This document shows positions 51,839-64,000 of a stretch of DNA of 64,000 nt, piece by piece. The position numbers were made by a program, and so were the translations under genes. Within the stretch, counting starts at the first letter, position 1. Every line of letters begins with the position of its first letter. The notes beneath the pieces are model-generated. The model was given only the letters and a program-made list of their open reading frames with translations. It made no database searches and had not been told where the DNA came from. Source of the DNA: Magallana gigas (lineage: Eukaryota); contig NC_088853.1 of NCBI RefSeq assembly GCF_963853765.1, forward strand, positions 66,092,001-66,156,000, written 5' to 3'.

Positions 51839-51976
51839 CAGTTTTACACAAGTCTCCTTTAAAACCAGCATCACACCCAGTTAAGCAAGTCCCATTGTTG
51901 ATGGAGCACTGGTTTACGTCACGGCAGTGTCCACATGTTTCTTTGCAGCCAGCACCATACGTTCCCCTTTCACAAG
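51839..51976 (-). CDS. Gene C exon 5, EGF-like (CERGTYGAGCKETCGHCRDVNQCSINNGTCLTGCDAGFKGDLCKT)
   Basis: TAG acceptor, GTAAGT donor, 138 nt, open frame. Confidence 0.88.
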
Positions 51977-52177
51977 CTATCGATACAAACCAATTTTATA
52001 TTGAACATGATCAACCTGACCTTTTTTTTATTTTACAAATTTACTGTATTCTTACCCAGACTGTAAAAACTAACACAAAGATTTATAATATGATGTAGTT
52101 ATGTTCATTTGAATGTAACTGTAGCTATACGACATCTTAATCCATTTTTCCGTAAAATTTCAGATCTGTAGCCTTAC

Positions 52178-52312
52178 TGATTTCACATCGGTGACCTTTG
52201 TATCCAGGTTTACAGCCCCGACAGGTGCCCGTCTCTATGTGACAGTACTGACAGTTGACGTCTGGACAGGGAACAGAACAGTTGGACCCAAAATGTCCGG
52301 TAGCAGGACATC
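52178..52312 (-). CDS. Gene C exon 4, EGF-like (GCPATGHFGSNCSVPCPDVNCQYCHIETGTCRGCKPGYKGHRCEI)
   Basis: AAG acceptor, GTAAGG donor, 135 nt, MEGF/SCARF-type Cys spacing. Confidence 0.88.
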
Positions 52313-52755
52313 CTTCAATTTATGCAATGGTACTGACTTAGTTATACTTCTAAAAAGTTCTTAATTACTTCATGAGTAGAATGGCATACTTTGCTTATGC
52401 ACAACTAGGCACGTGTTTCATCATGGTAATTTAATAATGCATATGCATCGAGTACTAATTATCTATGTTGATATGGTTCATGTTAAACTTTTATGTAGCA
52501 ATGAGTGAGGACACTATTGGGGAAAACACAATCATCATATGTAAACGGCATCATTGTCAAATTTATCTACCATTAAATCAAATTGTTTGAAATAATGGTA
52601 ATTGTAGCATGAAAATTAACACGCTTATATCGATCAAGAACACAGCATACAAGTCACATACTAAAGTTAGTCAATTTAAAAGATGTTGGCAGAACCACGG
52701 TACCGTGTACTATGTTTTAATTACACATATTGAATCGAAGATAAAGTACACCCAC

Positions 52756-53010
52756 CGTACACCTCCACTTCACAGAGGGCAGTGGCAGCACCATCAGAGT
52801 AACCTCTAGGGTAGGTAACTCCTGGTAGTCTCTCGTTGTAGTATATGACGTACTGTCCATGTACAGGACAGGTGGTGGTGAAGACAGCAGGTATGGTGTC
52901 TAGTGTAAAGTTGTCGTCCTTGTAACACAGTGTTCCCTGTAGTCTGTCTGTTGTATTGGAGACGTACACCGAGAATCCAAGGAAAAACTTAGTGAGCCAA
53001 TTAGAAGGAC
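52756..53010 (-). CDS. Gene C exon 3, FTP domain C-half (GPSNWLTKFFLGFSVYVSNTT...GQYVIYYNER...LCEVEVYG)
   Basis: CAG acceptor, GTGGGT donor, 255 nt; LCEVEVYG terminus. Confidence 0.9.
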
Positions 53011-53359
53011 CTGTATCGTCATAATAAGAAAATTAATATGAAGGCCATAAGAAGTTAGTTAGATAAAAAAAGAGAACCAATAAATGATTCTCAACATGTA
53101 ATGGTCAACAAATATATATGAATGACATTTAATGTATTAACGCACAAATGAAGCGGGCATGTAGACATAATTCATGTCAAATAAATAGTGGTGATGTCAG
53201 TACATAGTAGATACCAATGTTTTACAACAGTGTATATCTATGTAGATAAGTATTTTGTTAAAGGGCCAACAATGAAACAAAAATAAACCGTATATGCAAA
53301 CAAAAAAGTTTCGTTAGTGTATTCATGCCAATAATACAAAAGTTCACTTGTTGCCCCTA

Positions 53360-54200
53360 CACCCTACTGTAGAAGGGATTCACCTGATAGTTCTGTCTAG
53401 TTCAAAAGTGGGCTGTCGCCTAAACTTACGGCAGTTACGTTAGTGAATACCTGAACGTTTGCAAGTGTGTGAGCGGGGGGGGGGGGGGGAGGGGGGTGAC
53501 AGAGTTCCTTTCACCCGTGTTGGGTTCTCGTCAGATCCTGGATATGGAGTGGACAGACACAATCTCTATCTTGTTTTACAGGGCATGAAGGATTCTCGAT
53601 AAATGAAACTTCAACTAAAGGTTTCTTTATCGTGCCAACACCGACCACGACGCTTGGCCTAATGTAATGACAAACAGTTATGATTTGTCTCTGGATCTTT
53701 AATTTATTTAATACCATAAATATTATTTTGAAAATCTCAAATCTGTTCACTCTTTTAACCCTCTACTGTATAAGGGGTTTACCAGATAGTTCTGTCTAGT
53801 TGAAAAGTGTGCTGTCGCCTAAACTTATGGTAGCGTTAGTGAATGCTTGAACGTTTGCAAGTGTGTGAGCGGAAGGGGGGGGGGGGGGTGACAGAGTTCC
53901 TTTCACCCGTGTTGACACAGTTCGTGTTGAGTTGTCGTCAGATCCTGGTTAAGGAGTGGGCAGACACAGTATCTATCTTTTTTACAGGGCATTAAGGATT
54001 CACGATTAAAAAAAATCACATCTCAAAATAAAACGCATATTTCAACTAAAGGTTTCCTTATCGTGCCAACACCGACCGCGACGCTTGGCCCTATCTAATG
54101 ACACACAGTCACGATTTGTCTCTGGAGCTTTCATTTATTTAATACTTTGTGCAACCATACATTTTATAATGTTAATCTCCAATATGTTCACTCTTTTAAT
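53360..54200. repeat. Two-copy ~400-bp tandem repeat with poly-G tract in gene C intron 2
   Basis: GATAGTTCTGTCTAGTT at ~53387 and ~53785, colinear. Confidence 0.85.
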
Positions 54201-54598
54201 AAAAAATAAGCAATATGACAACGTTTCTGTAATAAACGTTGTTATTAAACGCCTTATTCATACCTGTTTTGTTATTTAAATTTTGTTCACCAGTTGATAG
54301 GGGTTTAACTTCACATATATTTTTTGCAAAAAAATTCTTGCTCAGAACAAAACACTGGTAAACTTGTTACTTTGTTTTGTATTCTGAAAAAAAAATCGGA
54401 AATAGTTCCCTACTCAGTCTCATTATAAATAAAATCAACGGAATTTATGTTTACATGAGATGATCGAAAAAATGTGACTATATCCCATTGATATATTATA
54501 CCTGCCCCATAAACAGTTTCATAACAAATAATACCAACAACGGAATCTAGGTTTAACAGAACCTTATCAATAACGATAATCAGTAAATGTGACTATAC

Positions 54599-54826
54599 CC
54601 AATGGTTTATTGTCCGTGTAGAAGAAGATGGTGATGTGGTGGATGCTGTGGATGGTGGTCAGGTTGACCCACCAGGTGGCGGTTTGTCTGATCTGTGATT
54701 CAGCACATTGACCTCCTCTACCACTCAGGTTTGATTTACGTCCGTCTACAGCGTTACTGGCGTCATATATGTCGTAATCTTCGTATGGGTACTGTTGGTA
54801 TGCTGGTTTGTTGAGGGCGACATTAA
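54599..54826 (-). CDS. Gene C exon 2, F-type lectin (FTP) domain N-half (VNVALNKPAYQQ...AVDG...GGQC...WWVNL)
   Basis: CAG acceptor, GT donor, 228 nt; NxAxxKP, AVDG and WxVxL motifs typical of FTP domains; lies in ORF 54567-54842. Confidence 0.9.
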
Positions 54827-55832
54827 CTGTGAAGATAAACACACATGTTCTAACAACATTACTATTGTGATGATGTTAACTCGTGGTTCTATTAGTTTAT
54901 AAAACATGTATGCATGTATTGAACATTCAAATGCAGTTGTTAAAACGATTTGAAAGTATAAATTTTCTGTAGCAAAACCTTTAAATATATAAAAATCAAA
55001 TGTAGTTCAATCGATAAACGAACCTTAGTAACTAATGTTATAATTAGTATAAATAAAAATTTCATTTCTAATAGAATTTTAATATACAAATAATACGAAT
55101 ATAAATTTAATCTCTAATACAATAACATTGAAGTTGAAAAAAAGAAGAAATTCCTATGAATATATTAAAGCTACATGAGTTTGTTTTAATGTAAATTGTG
55201 TATACTGTGTATATATCTATATTTTATACAATGAACTATTAGTGTCTTAAGATTAACCCCCCCCCCCCCGCCCCGGAAGACAAGTGTACTATCGATCTCA
55301 TACATGAAATGAAATGCATTCGATAAACGCTTTAAACATATATTTTTTTCTAGTAAGTCTGTATATAATTCAAATGAAGTACAATCAGGGAAAGTACTTA
55401 CACATAAAATATAAAAGTTGCAGCATTAAGTCATGAATCATGGTAGGTGCCAGCACGATAAAGAACCCTTACTTGTCATTGTTCCTAACTACCGAACCAT
55501 TGACCTTTTCCCGACATCAAGTTACATTAGAAACTTGATATTTCCTTTTTCAATATATTTTTTTGAAGTACGTTAAGTATATAGCCTTTAAAATATTTGT
55601 AGTTAATATGTTAATGCTCTTTGAGTGTGGAGATTGGTTTTATAATGTAGTATTGCTACTGTTATTTTAACAATAATTTCTGGGAAATTCAATAAAATGC
55701 CCTTATTTTTTTTTACATTTTATTCTTTTAAATTACCAACTAATGGTTTGATTCAGTCCTTGTAAAGTATCCCAAACCAACCTCATTTGGAAAATATCAT
55801 GATTTTTAGAAATGTACTTAAAGTAGACTCAC

Positions 55833-55917
55833 CGTACGCCTGGGATACTGTTAGCAGACATAACCACACAGCGAGGACATCGTGGGGATACACAGAGTTT
55901 CCGGACAGGGACATCAT
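55833..55917 (-). CDS. Gene C exon 1, signal peptide (MMSLSGNSVYPHDVLAVWLCLLTVSQAY)
   Basis: ATG at 55917, hydrophobic stretch ending SQAY, GTGAGT donor, 85 nt (phase 1), in frame with the next exon. Confidence 0.8.
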
Positions 55918-57029
55918 GGTGTTGTCAATCAGGTCAAACTATATAACTCTATGAGTATAGATGTGTATGCCTAACAGATATAACAAAGCAAATGTAACGT
56001 ATTCATTCGACTGAGAAGACAGATGTAGACAGGCTGTATATGTATTTGCTTAGAAGTTTAAGTAGAAGAGGGGTGTGTGTGTGGCGTAGTGAAGGCGTAG
56101 ACTCAATGATCACGTGACGAGGAAGTAAAACAAGAAATATTAAGAGCTTAGCGCGATGTTCAATGACTAGCTGTCGATCATTATTACAACAGAGATAATG
56201 TTATAGCAATCGAATTGAATATCATATTTTGATATAATACACACATGGTTGATGAAGTCGAGTTATTGCACACGTACGTTACTCGGTCTATGGCTGAGTA
56301 AGTACTATGTTAACATGGCTGAATTAATACTTTACATGTGCGGATCAAGATTTGTCCAGGGGAGAGGGATCCGATGCATATATGTGTTATTTTTATAATG
56401 TAATTTAAAGAAAGTTGAATTTAACAGGAAGGGGGGGGGGGGGGTCCGCACTTCTCTACCCCCCCCCCTCTACTAGATCCGCGCATGCCTTATAAAGTAA
56501 ACACAACTTTGTCTGTTAAAATTCATAATGAACGATATCTTGAGCATATTCAGTTGTATACGGAAATGGATTCATAACTGCATAGATTAACCCTTTCGCT
56601 GCCACGTCAAAAAAGATATTATTACGCTTCAGTGCCAAGCATGACGTTATCAGATTCATGTTTTGACGTAACAATCTGACACAACGCGCCGTACTATTTT
56701 TTTAGTTTTGCGGGATGCAGTTTTGTGTCTAATTGATAATTTCTAATGTTATTATCGATAATAATGGCTTTTTATCTTTTTCTCTTTCATTTCAAATAAG
56801 ACGTTACGCCATTCTTTTTTTTTTCTCTCTCTTTTTTTGCGTCGCCAAATGAAAAAGAAATGTAGAAAAAAATGAATTACTTCATTAATGATGCATGTTC
56901 CCAAGCTTTAACAAATACGTGCAGTTTTTAAAATGATCACTTTCTTATCCTGTCAATCCTTTATTATGATCCACGCATACATGTTATTTTTTTTAATCAT
57001 TGAAATTGTAATTAGTTCTATAAGATCTA

Positions 57030-57167
57030 NNNNNNNNNNNNNNNNNNNNNNNNNNNNNNNNNNNNNNNNNNNNNNNNNNNNNNNNNNNNNNNNNNNNNNN
57101 NNNNNNNNNNNNNNNNNNNNNNNNNNNNNNNNNNNNNNNNNNNNNNNNNNNNNNNNNNNNNNNNNNN
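57030..57167. other. Assembly gap (N run)
   Basis: Direct. Confidence 1.
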
Positions 57168-57275
57168 TGCTGACTCACTACGGAAATATATTGGGTTGAT
57201 CAATATCATAGATGGTGAGGCGAAGCATGAACAAATTAAACTCTCCAACAGTCACCACCTGCAATGTTATTTACA

Positions 57276-57751
57276 ATAGGCGTCGGAATCGGGGGAGGGG
57301 GGGGGGGCTAAGGGGGGCCCCCATCCCACTTTTTTTTGCAAAGATAGACCAAACCATCATTGAGCCCCCCCCCCCCCCCCCACACTTTTTCTCGCAGGAA
57401 ACATAATTGTTCCGAAATTTAAATTGAAACGATTAAAATGTTAAAAAGTTGGGGTCATAGGCAGTCTATTCCTCCCCCACCCTCGGATTAGGAATTTCAT
57501 GATGTGGAAAAAATATAATATTTGTTGTAAGGGAGGTATAGGTATACTACCACCCCCCCCCCCCCCCCCCCGGATTAGGAGTATCATGATCTAAAAAAAA
57601 AAATTGTTCGAAGTATACGTATCCCCCCCCCCCCCCCCCCCCAAACACACACGGATTAGGATCTTCATGGTTTTGGGAACTAGTCTTTTATTTTTGTTTA
57701 CTTGTCAATATTTCTGAGGATTAGTCTTTCAATTTGCTTCCGACGCCAGTG
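57276..57751. mobile_element. Poly-G/C-rich MITE (GGCGTCGGAA ... TTCCGACGCC)
   Basis: Inverted termini; related short CATGCGCGGATC-type MITEs at ~56335-56488 and ~57942-58114. Confidence 0.5.
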
Positions 57752-60700
57752 ATTTATATATAGAGACTTTAAAGAAGAAATGACATACATTTATAAATTA
57801 TTTTCTGATTAAAATCTTCTCGCTAACCTCAGTAAAGGGAATTTGTATGATGAAAACGCTGCTAAATATTCATTTCTCATTACACTGTATGATATTGCTT
57901 TATTAAGCGAGAAAATTGATACAGTGTATGTTTGTTACCGCATGCACGGATCCAGAAAACTTTTCCAGGGGGCGTCCGAGGGATAATTTTGTTTTCTAAA
58001 GTTGGAGAGAGGGTTTGAGGCTTTTTTCGGGAATTTTGCTATGTAATCTTATTAATTTGAATTTTCCAAGAGATGGAAGGAGTAGTCCATGCACTCCTTT
58101 CTAGGTCCGCACATGAACGAGTATGATCTTTCTGTTGGTACTGTGATGTACACAATTTATTTACAAAAACAAACGACATAAATTGTATTCATTTCTTTCG
58201 TCTCATGATAAAATTCGCTGCTGAGGTCAAGGCGGATATGGTTGTATTACGACTATGAAAAACATTCAAATCAAAAATAAACATCGGTACATTTTATTTA
58301 CTAATATTTGGAGAAATGTTTTGTATACAATCGATACATTACATGCGGGTTGGATAAACCCAATTATTCGGAAATGAAACCAAACGGTGCCCGTTTCTGA
58401 ACATTCCCAAGATGGAGTTGGTTTGTTTGTTTGTTTTGATTTTTGTGTTCTCATACAGAAATTTTTTATGTACTTTAGATAATTCAAACTTTGAAAGGAG
58501 ACGGATTTTGCTTATGTAAATAGGCATCTTTTTAATAAATTTGGTCCGTATAGAAAATATTTGATACTCTCATAGCCAGAAAAATCAGACTATGTAGCTT
58601 TAAATTATCTGTATGTTTTAAAATCTTCCTTTTCTCGGACAGGTGAACACTAATTTAATTTTTACATTTTATTCCATACAAAGTTTTTACCACATCATAC
58701 GTGTAGTATTGACAATCACGATCGTCAGTTGTAAACGTTTGAACTCTCGAAAAAAGATTTATAATCTTGTTCTTAATGTTCTCTAATATCTTATCATTAT
58801 TTATAGATACAACTATGATTGTGATTTACATTATAGTTCAAATAGTCAAAGAATTAAAAACAATATAGACCTAAGAAAGTTAACGATTACACATAGTTCA
58901 TCATCATACGATGAAATATGACAGTTATGATATGCAAGACATTTACGATTCTATATCTCGATTGGAGCTAAGGAGTGTTTTTTTTTACCAACTTGTGGTC
59001 TTACAGTTTGTTTTAGTGATTAAATCCGCTTGACCAACTGAGTTGTCTAAAATATAATAATGATAAAATTTTGTGGTTAAAACATTCATATATTTTATAT
59101 ACTAAAATTATACATAAACTGAAAGAATAAAAAGTATTTTCATAAAGTATATTACACTCCTAGAAATCTGTTCTTCCTTTACCGCTAAAGTTTTGCCTGT
59201 ACACACAGTAGATGCTTTTTGTGACCATAAAACAGGTAATGACTTGAAAGGCCGTGCGGACAGAACCATCTGTGTGAAAATTAAATGTCTATGATGTGCG
59301 GTGTCCAATTTTAGAGACACGGTTGAAATTTAGTTTTAAGAAAGAATGTCTCTGTTTAAAATGCTCTGAAGAAGGGACATAAAATACGAAAAAGGTATCA
59401 ATAGGACTTGAAGCGCGCACGCAGGGGGTTGGGATGCGGGTGTGCACTGAATTCTTGATCTCGAACACTGACGAAGAAGCATCACCATCATCTCCAAATA
59501 ATGTTATTACATGCATTTCTTGTTTTTCTGTCCAAAGATTCAGTTTTGTTCTTTCACATGCATGAAAACTTCAGTAAAATGTTACCAGATGGAATTTTTT
59601 TAATGTTGATCATCTGACTAAAATTTTGTTCTAGGATCATATCAAAGTACATGTTATTTTTTCAGTGCCCCATTCCTCCTTATTTGGCATATTGCAGTTT
59701 ATATTGCCGTTCATTAATTAACTCTGAATGAAAAATAAGTAAATATAAAGTACATGCTTCCTTTCGTGCTTTGTCAATATTTCAATTCTAAGTAAAAAAA
59801 AAGACACACGGTCTCCTTCAAGCGATTCATATTATCTCAATTTCTTGCATATTATACAATAAAAGGGAACGATGCTGTATGTAGTAGCCTTTTACCCGAT
59901 TTATGGTTTAAATTAAAAAAAAAACGTATGGATATTACCGATGTGTTTTATTTGATAATTTTTAATCAGCACTAACGGCAGTAGAAAATAAAAAAAAGTC
60001 GCGCACACTCAAAATATACTCGGCCTTCGGTGGTGGACTAAAGTATTAGCTCTCGCCATGTTTAAGTTGGACTTAAGACCTGTATTTTGACAGTATTTAA
60101 GATTATCCTAAGATATGACAAATTTATGAGCTATGGTGGGATCTTATGAAAATTTGTTGGACTTAAGATAAATTTTAGTCAAAATTCAGTTATGTTAAAC
60201 GAGCCCCAGGTTAATATGGCAGAGTAGGAAAAAGTAAGATTGGTCTTGCTCTTGTGGGGGAGGGGGCATTTCCTTTGGTACAGGTTGTGCATTAGGACAG
60301 GTATTATTTTCCGGTTCTGAGGGAAAAGTCCTGGGGATCTATTCACAAAAACCATACGCCAGCCATGGTAAAAGGCAGACAACGAGTTGGCGCTCTGTGA
60401 CGTAGTGACGTCATTATTATGATGTCATTTTTTACGTTGTGACGTTATCCGCAGTATTTCACTAATCACATATATCATACGATATTTATTGATACAAATT
60501 TAAAAAATAAATAATGAAAAACAGAACCTGAATATATTTAATTTTTTTTATTTTATTATAATATATATTTTTTTCAAATTGCCATAGGCCCAAATAGACC
60601 CTGTGGCACTTAACGTAAATATTCAAATAGGCCCTGTGGCACAGAAATGGTTAAGTAAGGGGCCTGAAAAGGGGGAGGGGGGTGCTGGGGATAAATGAAT

Positions 60701-62071
60701 CGTTCTGAGAAATTCTAGAGCTTTGACGTTACATAAGCGTGTTTAGGTAGCTTCGCCTAATAAAAACGAGTTGTGTTTACTCCCGGGGCTTTATTTAAAA
60801 TGTGTCTTCTTTTAGCACCTCTCATTTTAAATTAGTTTATTATATTCATTTAAAATACCACACACAAATACATTTGAACGGATGTCTTATATTAATGACT
60901 TGAAAAAAGACTCGTGAAAAGTGTTTAAGAATGTGTATGTTAAAGCTGCATGGTCCGATTTTTTTTTATTGGGGGGGGGGGGGGGGTACAGTATCACATT
61001 ATTTTCAATACAAACCAATTATCTCAGTTAAACACGTTCGCCTGTTTACTCTAGCCGAATCGGTCTCCTTTCAAAATTTATGTTCGTTTTATTTTTGGAG
61101 TTGACATTGCCTTCAATTGTAAATTATTTAAAGAAATTTAAGAAGACTTGATTTTTGGCATTGCTTATTATGACAAAAGTCAATAATCCTTGTTTAAGAA
61201 AACTTTATGAAGCGTACCTTTTTATTGTTTTGTTTACAAAATGTTGATTATTTAAATATTTATTTTTGTAATTGAATTCTATGATAGTGCTATGCAATAA
61301 AAAAAGTGGCCATATAATTATGCCCGTTGAACTATTTTGTGTATTACATGTATGCTGTTGTAGATAACACTCAAACATATGGACTAAATCATCTTCATTT
61401 GTTTATCTGCAATTTTTTTGTTAAATTCCAGTATGAGACCAATCAGCTACATTTTAGACATCATCCACAGAGACACCGTTTCTTAAAAATTTACTTGTAC
61501 TTGCCCCCATGCTGAATGGGCTTTATATTAAGTAGTAGCTATGCCAGCAAAGGACATAATCCATCTTGAAACTGTTTGAATTGTGTATTCATCCTTTGCT
61601 TTGCATTATCAATAAGTATGCAGATTGAGTCATTACATAAACAAACATAATTATATTGGACAATGTTAATACGAAGGAAGTGTATGCTTGCCGTTTTTCG
61701 ACCATCTGTTTCAAAAGTAATCTGTATGCAATTATAGTTCTCAGCTGTAAATACAAAATCATCTCTTACTGACCATCTTTACTTAAACTACTTAAACTAC
61801 TTAATCAAAGGACGATTTAGGAACATCTAAAAACAGCTTTCTTTGGATTTTTTAAAATGTAAATCAATATAGGGAAGTTTTTTTTATTAACGACGAAAAG
61901 ATTCAATTTCCCTCGTCAAGTGGTTGAAATTTGTTTGGAAACGAATTCCGCTAAGATAAATACTAAAATAGATAACACAAGTGTTTCTTCCTAAACGCCT
62001 TTTTGGAGTTTATGTTTAAAGCTCAATATGTCACGGCTTTGATAAAACACTCTTGTGTATGTGTCATTATT

Positions 62072-62224
62072 TTTTTTTTTTTTTTTTTTTATTGGGTTTT
62101 TCATTTCACAACATATGTACATATGTAACATAATAATGATTGTAACATTTTTATAAACATATTACATAGTCTTTATACTATTTCTACTTAATAGTACAGT
62201 TTTGTATATTTCATATGAGGTGAA

Positions 62225-62271
<47 letters not shown>

Positions 62272-62491
62272 GCAGGTGGATTACAATACAAGTATAGACT
62301 ATGTTATACTGAAAACAAATGAAATGATATGAGAGTTCACATCGATCAAAAAAACAGAAAAATTAAACTTATCTCTATAACTACAATTTTTCACAGATAT
62401 TCTGCCAGTGGCTTTCGTATTCCTTATAATTACATCTTTTCAACAGCAAATATTTTTCAGTTAAGATTCTTTCTGTTATGACCTTTTTCAT
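62072..62491 (-). mobile_element. 5'-truncated non-LTR retrotransposon (L1/Tx1-like 3' end)
   Basis: Poly-T on plus, 12-bp TSD TGTGTCATTATT (62060-62071, 62492-62503), residual frame ...TEKYLLLKRCNYKEYESHWQNICEKL*; absent in the paralog near 2045. Confidence 0.7.
62228..62267. repeat. (GA)n microsatellite within the LINE fragment
   Basis: Direct. Confidence 0.98.
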
Positions 62492-64000
62492 TGTGTCATT
62501 ATTAACAACAATGAACAATAAAGTTGAAACATCATTAACACATGAGAGGCCTATCATTGCCTGACGTCGTCAGACACTATCTAAGGTCTGAAAGTTGCCT
62601 CCTCCGAAACAATGCAGACAATGGGAACAAACAATATCAAGATTTTTTTTTACAAAAAAGATTAACGTACCGATGCATGTTTAACAATTCAGTGTTTACA
62701 TTCACAATTGTTGAAAATGTTATATAGGATGGAATAACATCAGTGAGCAAGAGTTTTTAAGTAAAATGGCTGCTCACCATGCACTTGTGTACACCTGATT
62801 TAAAAAAAAAAAAGATTAGCCATATTTGAACGGTAGGAAAAAGGGTGGGGGTCATTGCAACAAGTTGTTACATTGTCTATTAATGTGCAATGTAAGTAAA
62901 AATTGGTGTTGGATTTTCATCATTACCAAAGAATCATCAGTTTTGATTTAAACAAATATATGCATTCCTATAGCTAGAATGTTTACTGAAGGAACTAAAT
63001 CGCCAAAGTGGGGTGTGACCCGATTTTCGATCAGTTAGGCGATTTCATTCATTTAGAAAAGGGCACACAACTCGCGTATCTTACGAAGGTGCATTATTAC
63101 TTTTTTAATCACTTGCTAGTCAAGTGTGTTAATTCGATAGCTTTCATCCAAAACATTCGATCCAAAGTATATGTAGTTGTTACAAAACAAATGTCAAAAA
63201 ATTTATTCATGGATCTATGCCAATCGATGAGTTCATTTAAACCATTAGATCGAGATCTCAGCCTTTGCGTGAGTGGTAAAGCAGGACTTTGCGCCCAAAA
63301 TGTCTCATTTATAGTTTCTGCGCGCCGATTCGTGGCCGAGTCTAAATTTAGATAACAGAAGAATACTCCAGAGCACACCGTGTGTACACATTACGGGCAC
63401 GTAGCATCATGGGTGGGGGATGGGGAGTTTTAGGGGGGGGGGGCTGCTTCCCCACTTTTTTTTGCAGCAGACACGTTTCTTAACTTTACATTTATAACAA
63501 ACATCCTGCGAGTATTGCATAAGTAATACCCGCCCCCTACCGGACAGATTTTGTGCGTTTTTAATTTGTAAAAAATAAAATAATTGTTTTTGAGTTTACT
63601 TTTGAAGCTTACCTCTTTTGACTTGGTTTAAAAAAATGATATTGTAGAGTTTTGTTTCGATTTAATTAAATTCCGTAATAGTGTTTTGTGAAAAAAGGAA
63701 TAGAATTACAATAACGTTCTGCAAGTATTCCTATTACTGCGTTAAATATGTATGTACTAATGAAGAACATAATTAAATTTAGAATAATCACTATATTTTA
63801 CTACATGTTATATTTGTCCGTATTAAATACTTTGTTTCTACAAATTGAAACGCTTTCCATATGCTTTGCATTATCGAGTTGTATGCAGATTAACTCATTA
63901 CATAAACAAAAAAGGCAACACGTAGGAAATGCATGTTTGACGTTTTCCGACCACCTGTTTCAAAATTATGTTGTACCAGGTGAATCTCGATAACTCGAAC

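Larger units (their letters stand above)
56591..60650. mobile_element. Putative piggyBac-type non-autonomous element (~4.06 kb) with nested MITEs
   Basis: TTAA|CCCTTTCGCTGCCAC ... GTGGCACAGAAATGG|TTAA (12/15 TIR match) and a similarly spaced subterminal AGTGCCA at both ends; no transposase ORF seen. Confidence 0.45.
61595..63965. repeat. Right-end counterpart of 170-2110; the segment near 1590-1700 occurs twice (~61600 and ~63850)
   Basis: Direct colinear similarity by eye. Confidence 0.8.

Noticed and set aside
56933-57248. ORFs spanning X residues
   Set aside because: Assembly gap artefacts

Overview
AT-rich, intron-rich animal DNA, most likely a bivalve of the Crassostrea/Magallana oyster type (inferred from Helentron-derived HINE repeats carrying ~166-bp satellite monomers). 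It has two assembly gaps (28578-29148, 57030-57167) and no prokaryotic genes or CRISPR arrays. The window is a cluster of F-type lectin (fucolectin/FTP, F5/8-type-C-like) plus EGF genes, reconstructed by hand from splice sites. Gene C (minus, 55917-50494) encodes signal peptide, FTP, then 5 EGF-like exons. Gene A (minus, 29423-16055) encodes FTP-EGF-FTP-short EGF-FTP-EGF and an uncharacterised ~133-aa Cys-bracketed domain. Gene B (plus, 8918-12268) is an inverted, frameshifted paralog of gene A's 3' end. Gene D (plus) is a signal-exon plus FTP relic present twice inside a tandem segmental duplication (~28.5-40.5 kb and ~40.5-50.1 kb). Every FTP domain is split into two exons and every FTP/EGF junction is phase 1, so half-domains can in principle be recombined in frame. 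Introns and spacers hold many mobile elements: HINEs, Kolobok-like, piggyBac-like, MITEs and LINE fragments. They also hold a family of elements with a long terminal hairpin (27-nt spacer) and an internal copy of the joined ends. All family assignments come from recognising motifs by eye; no searches were run.
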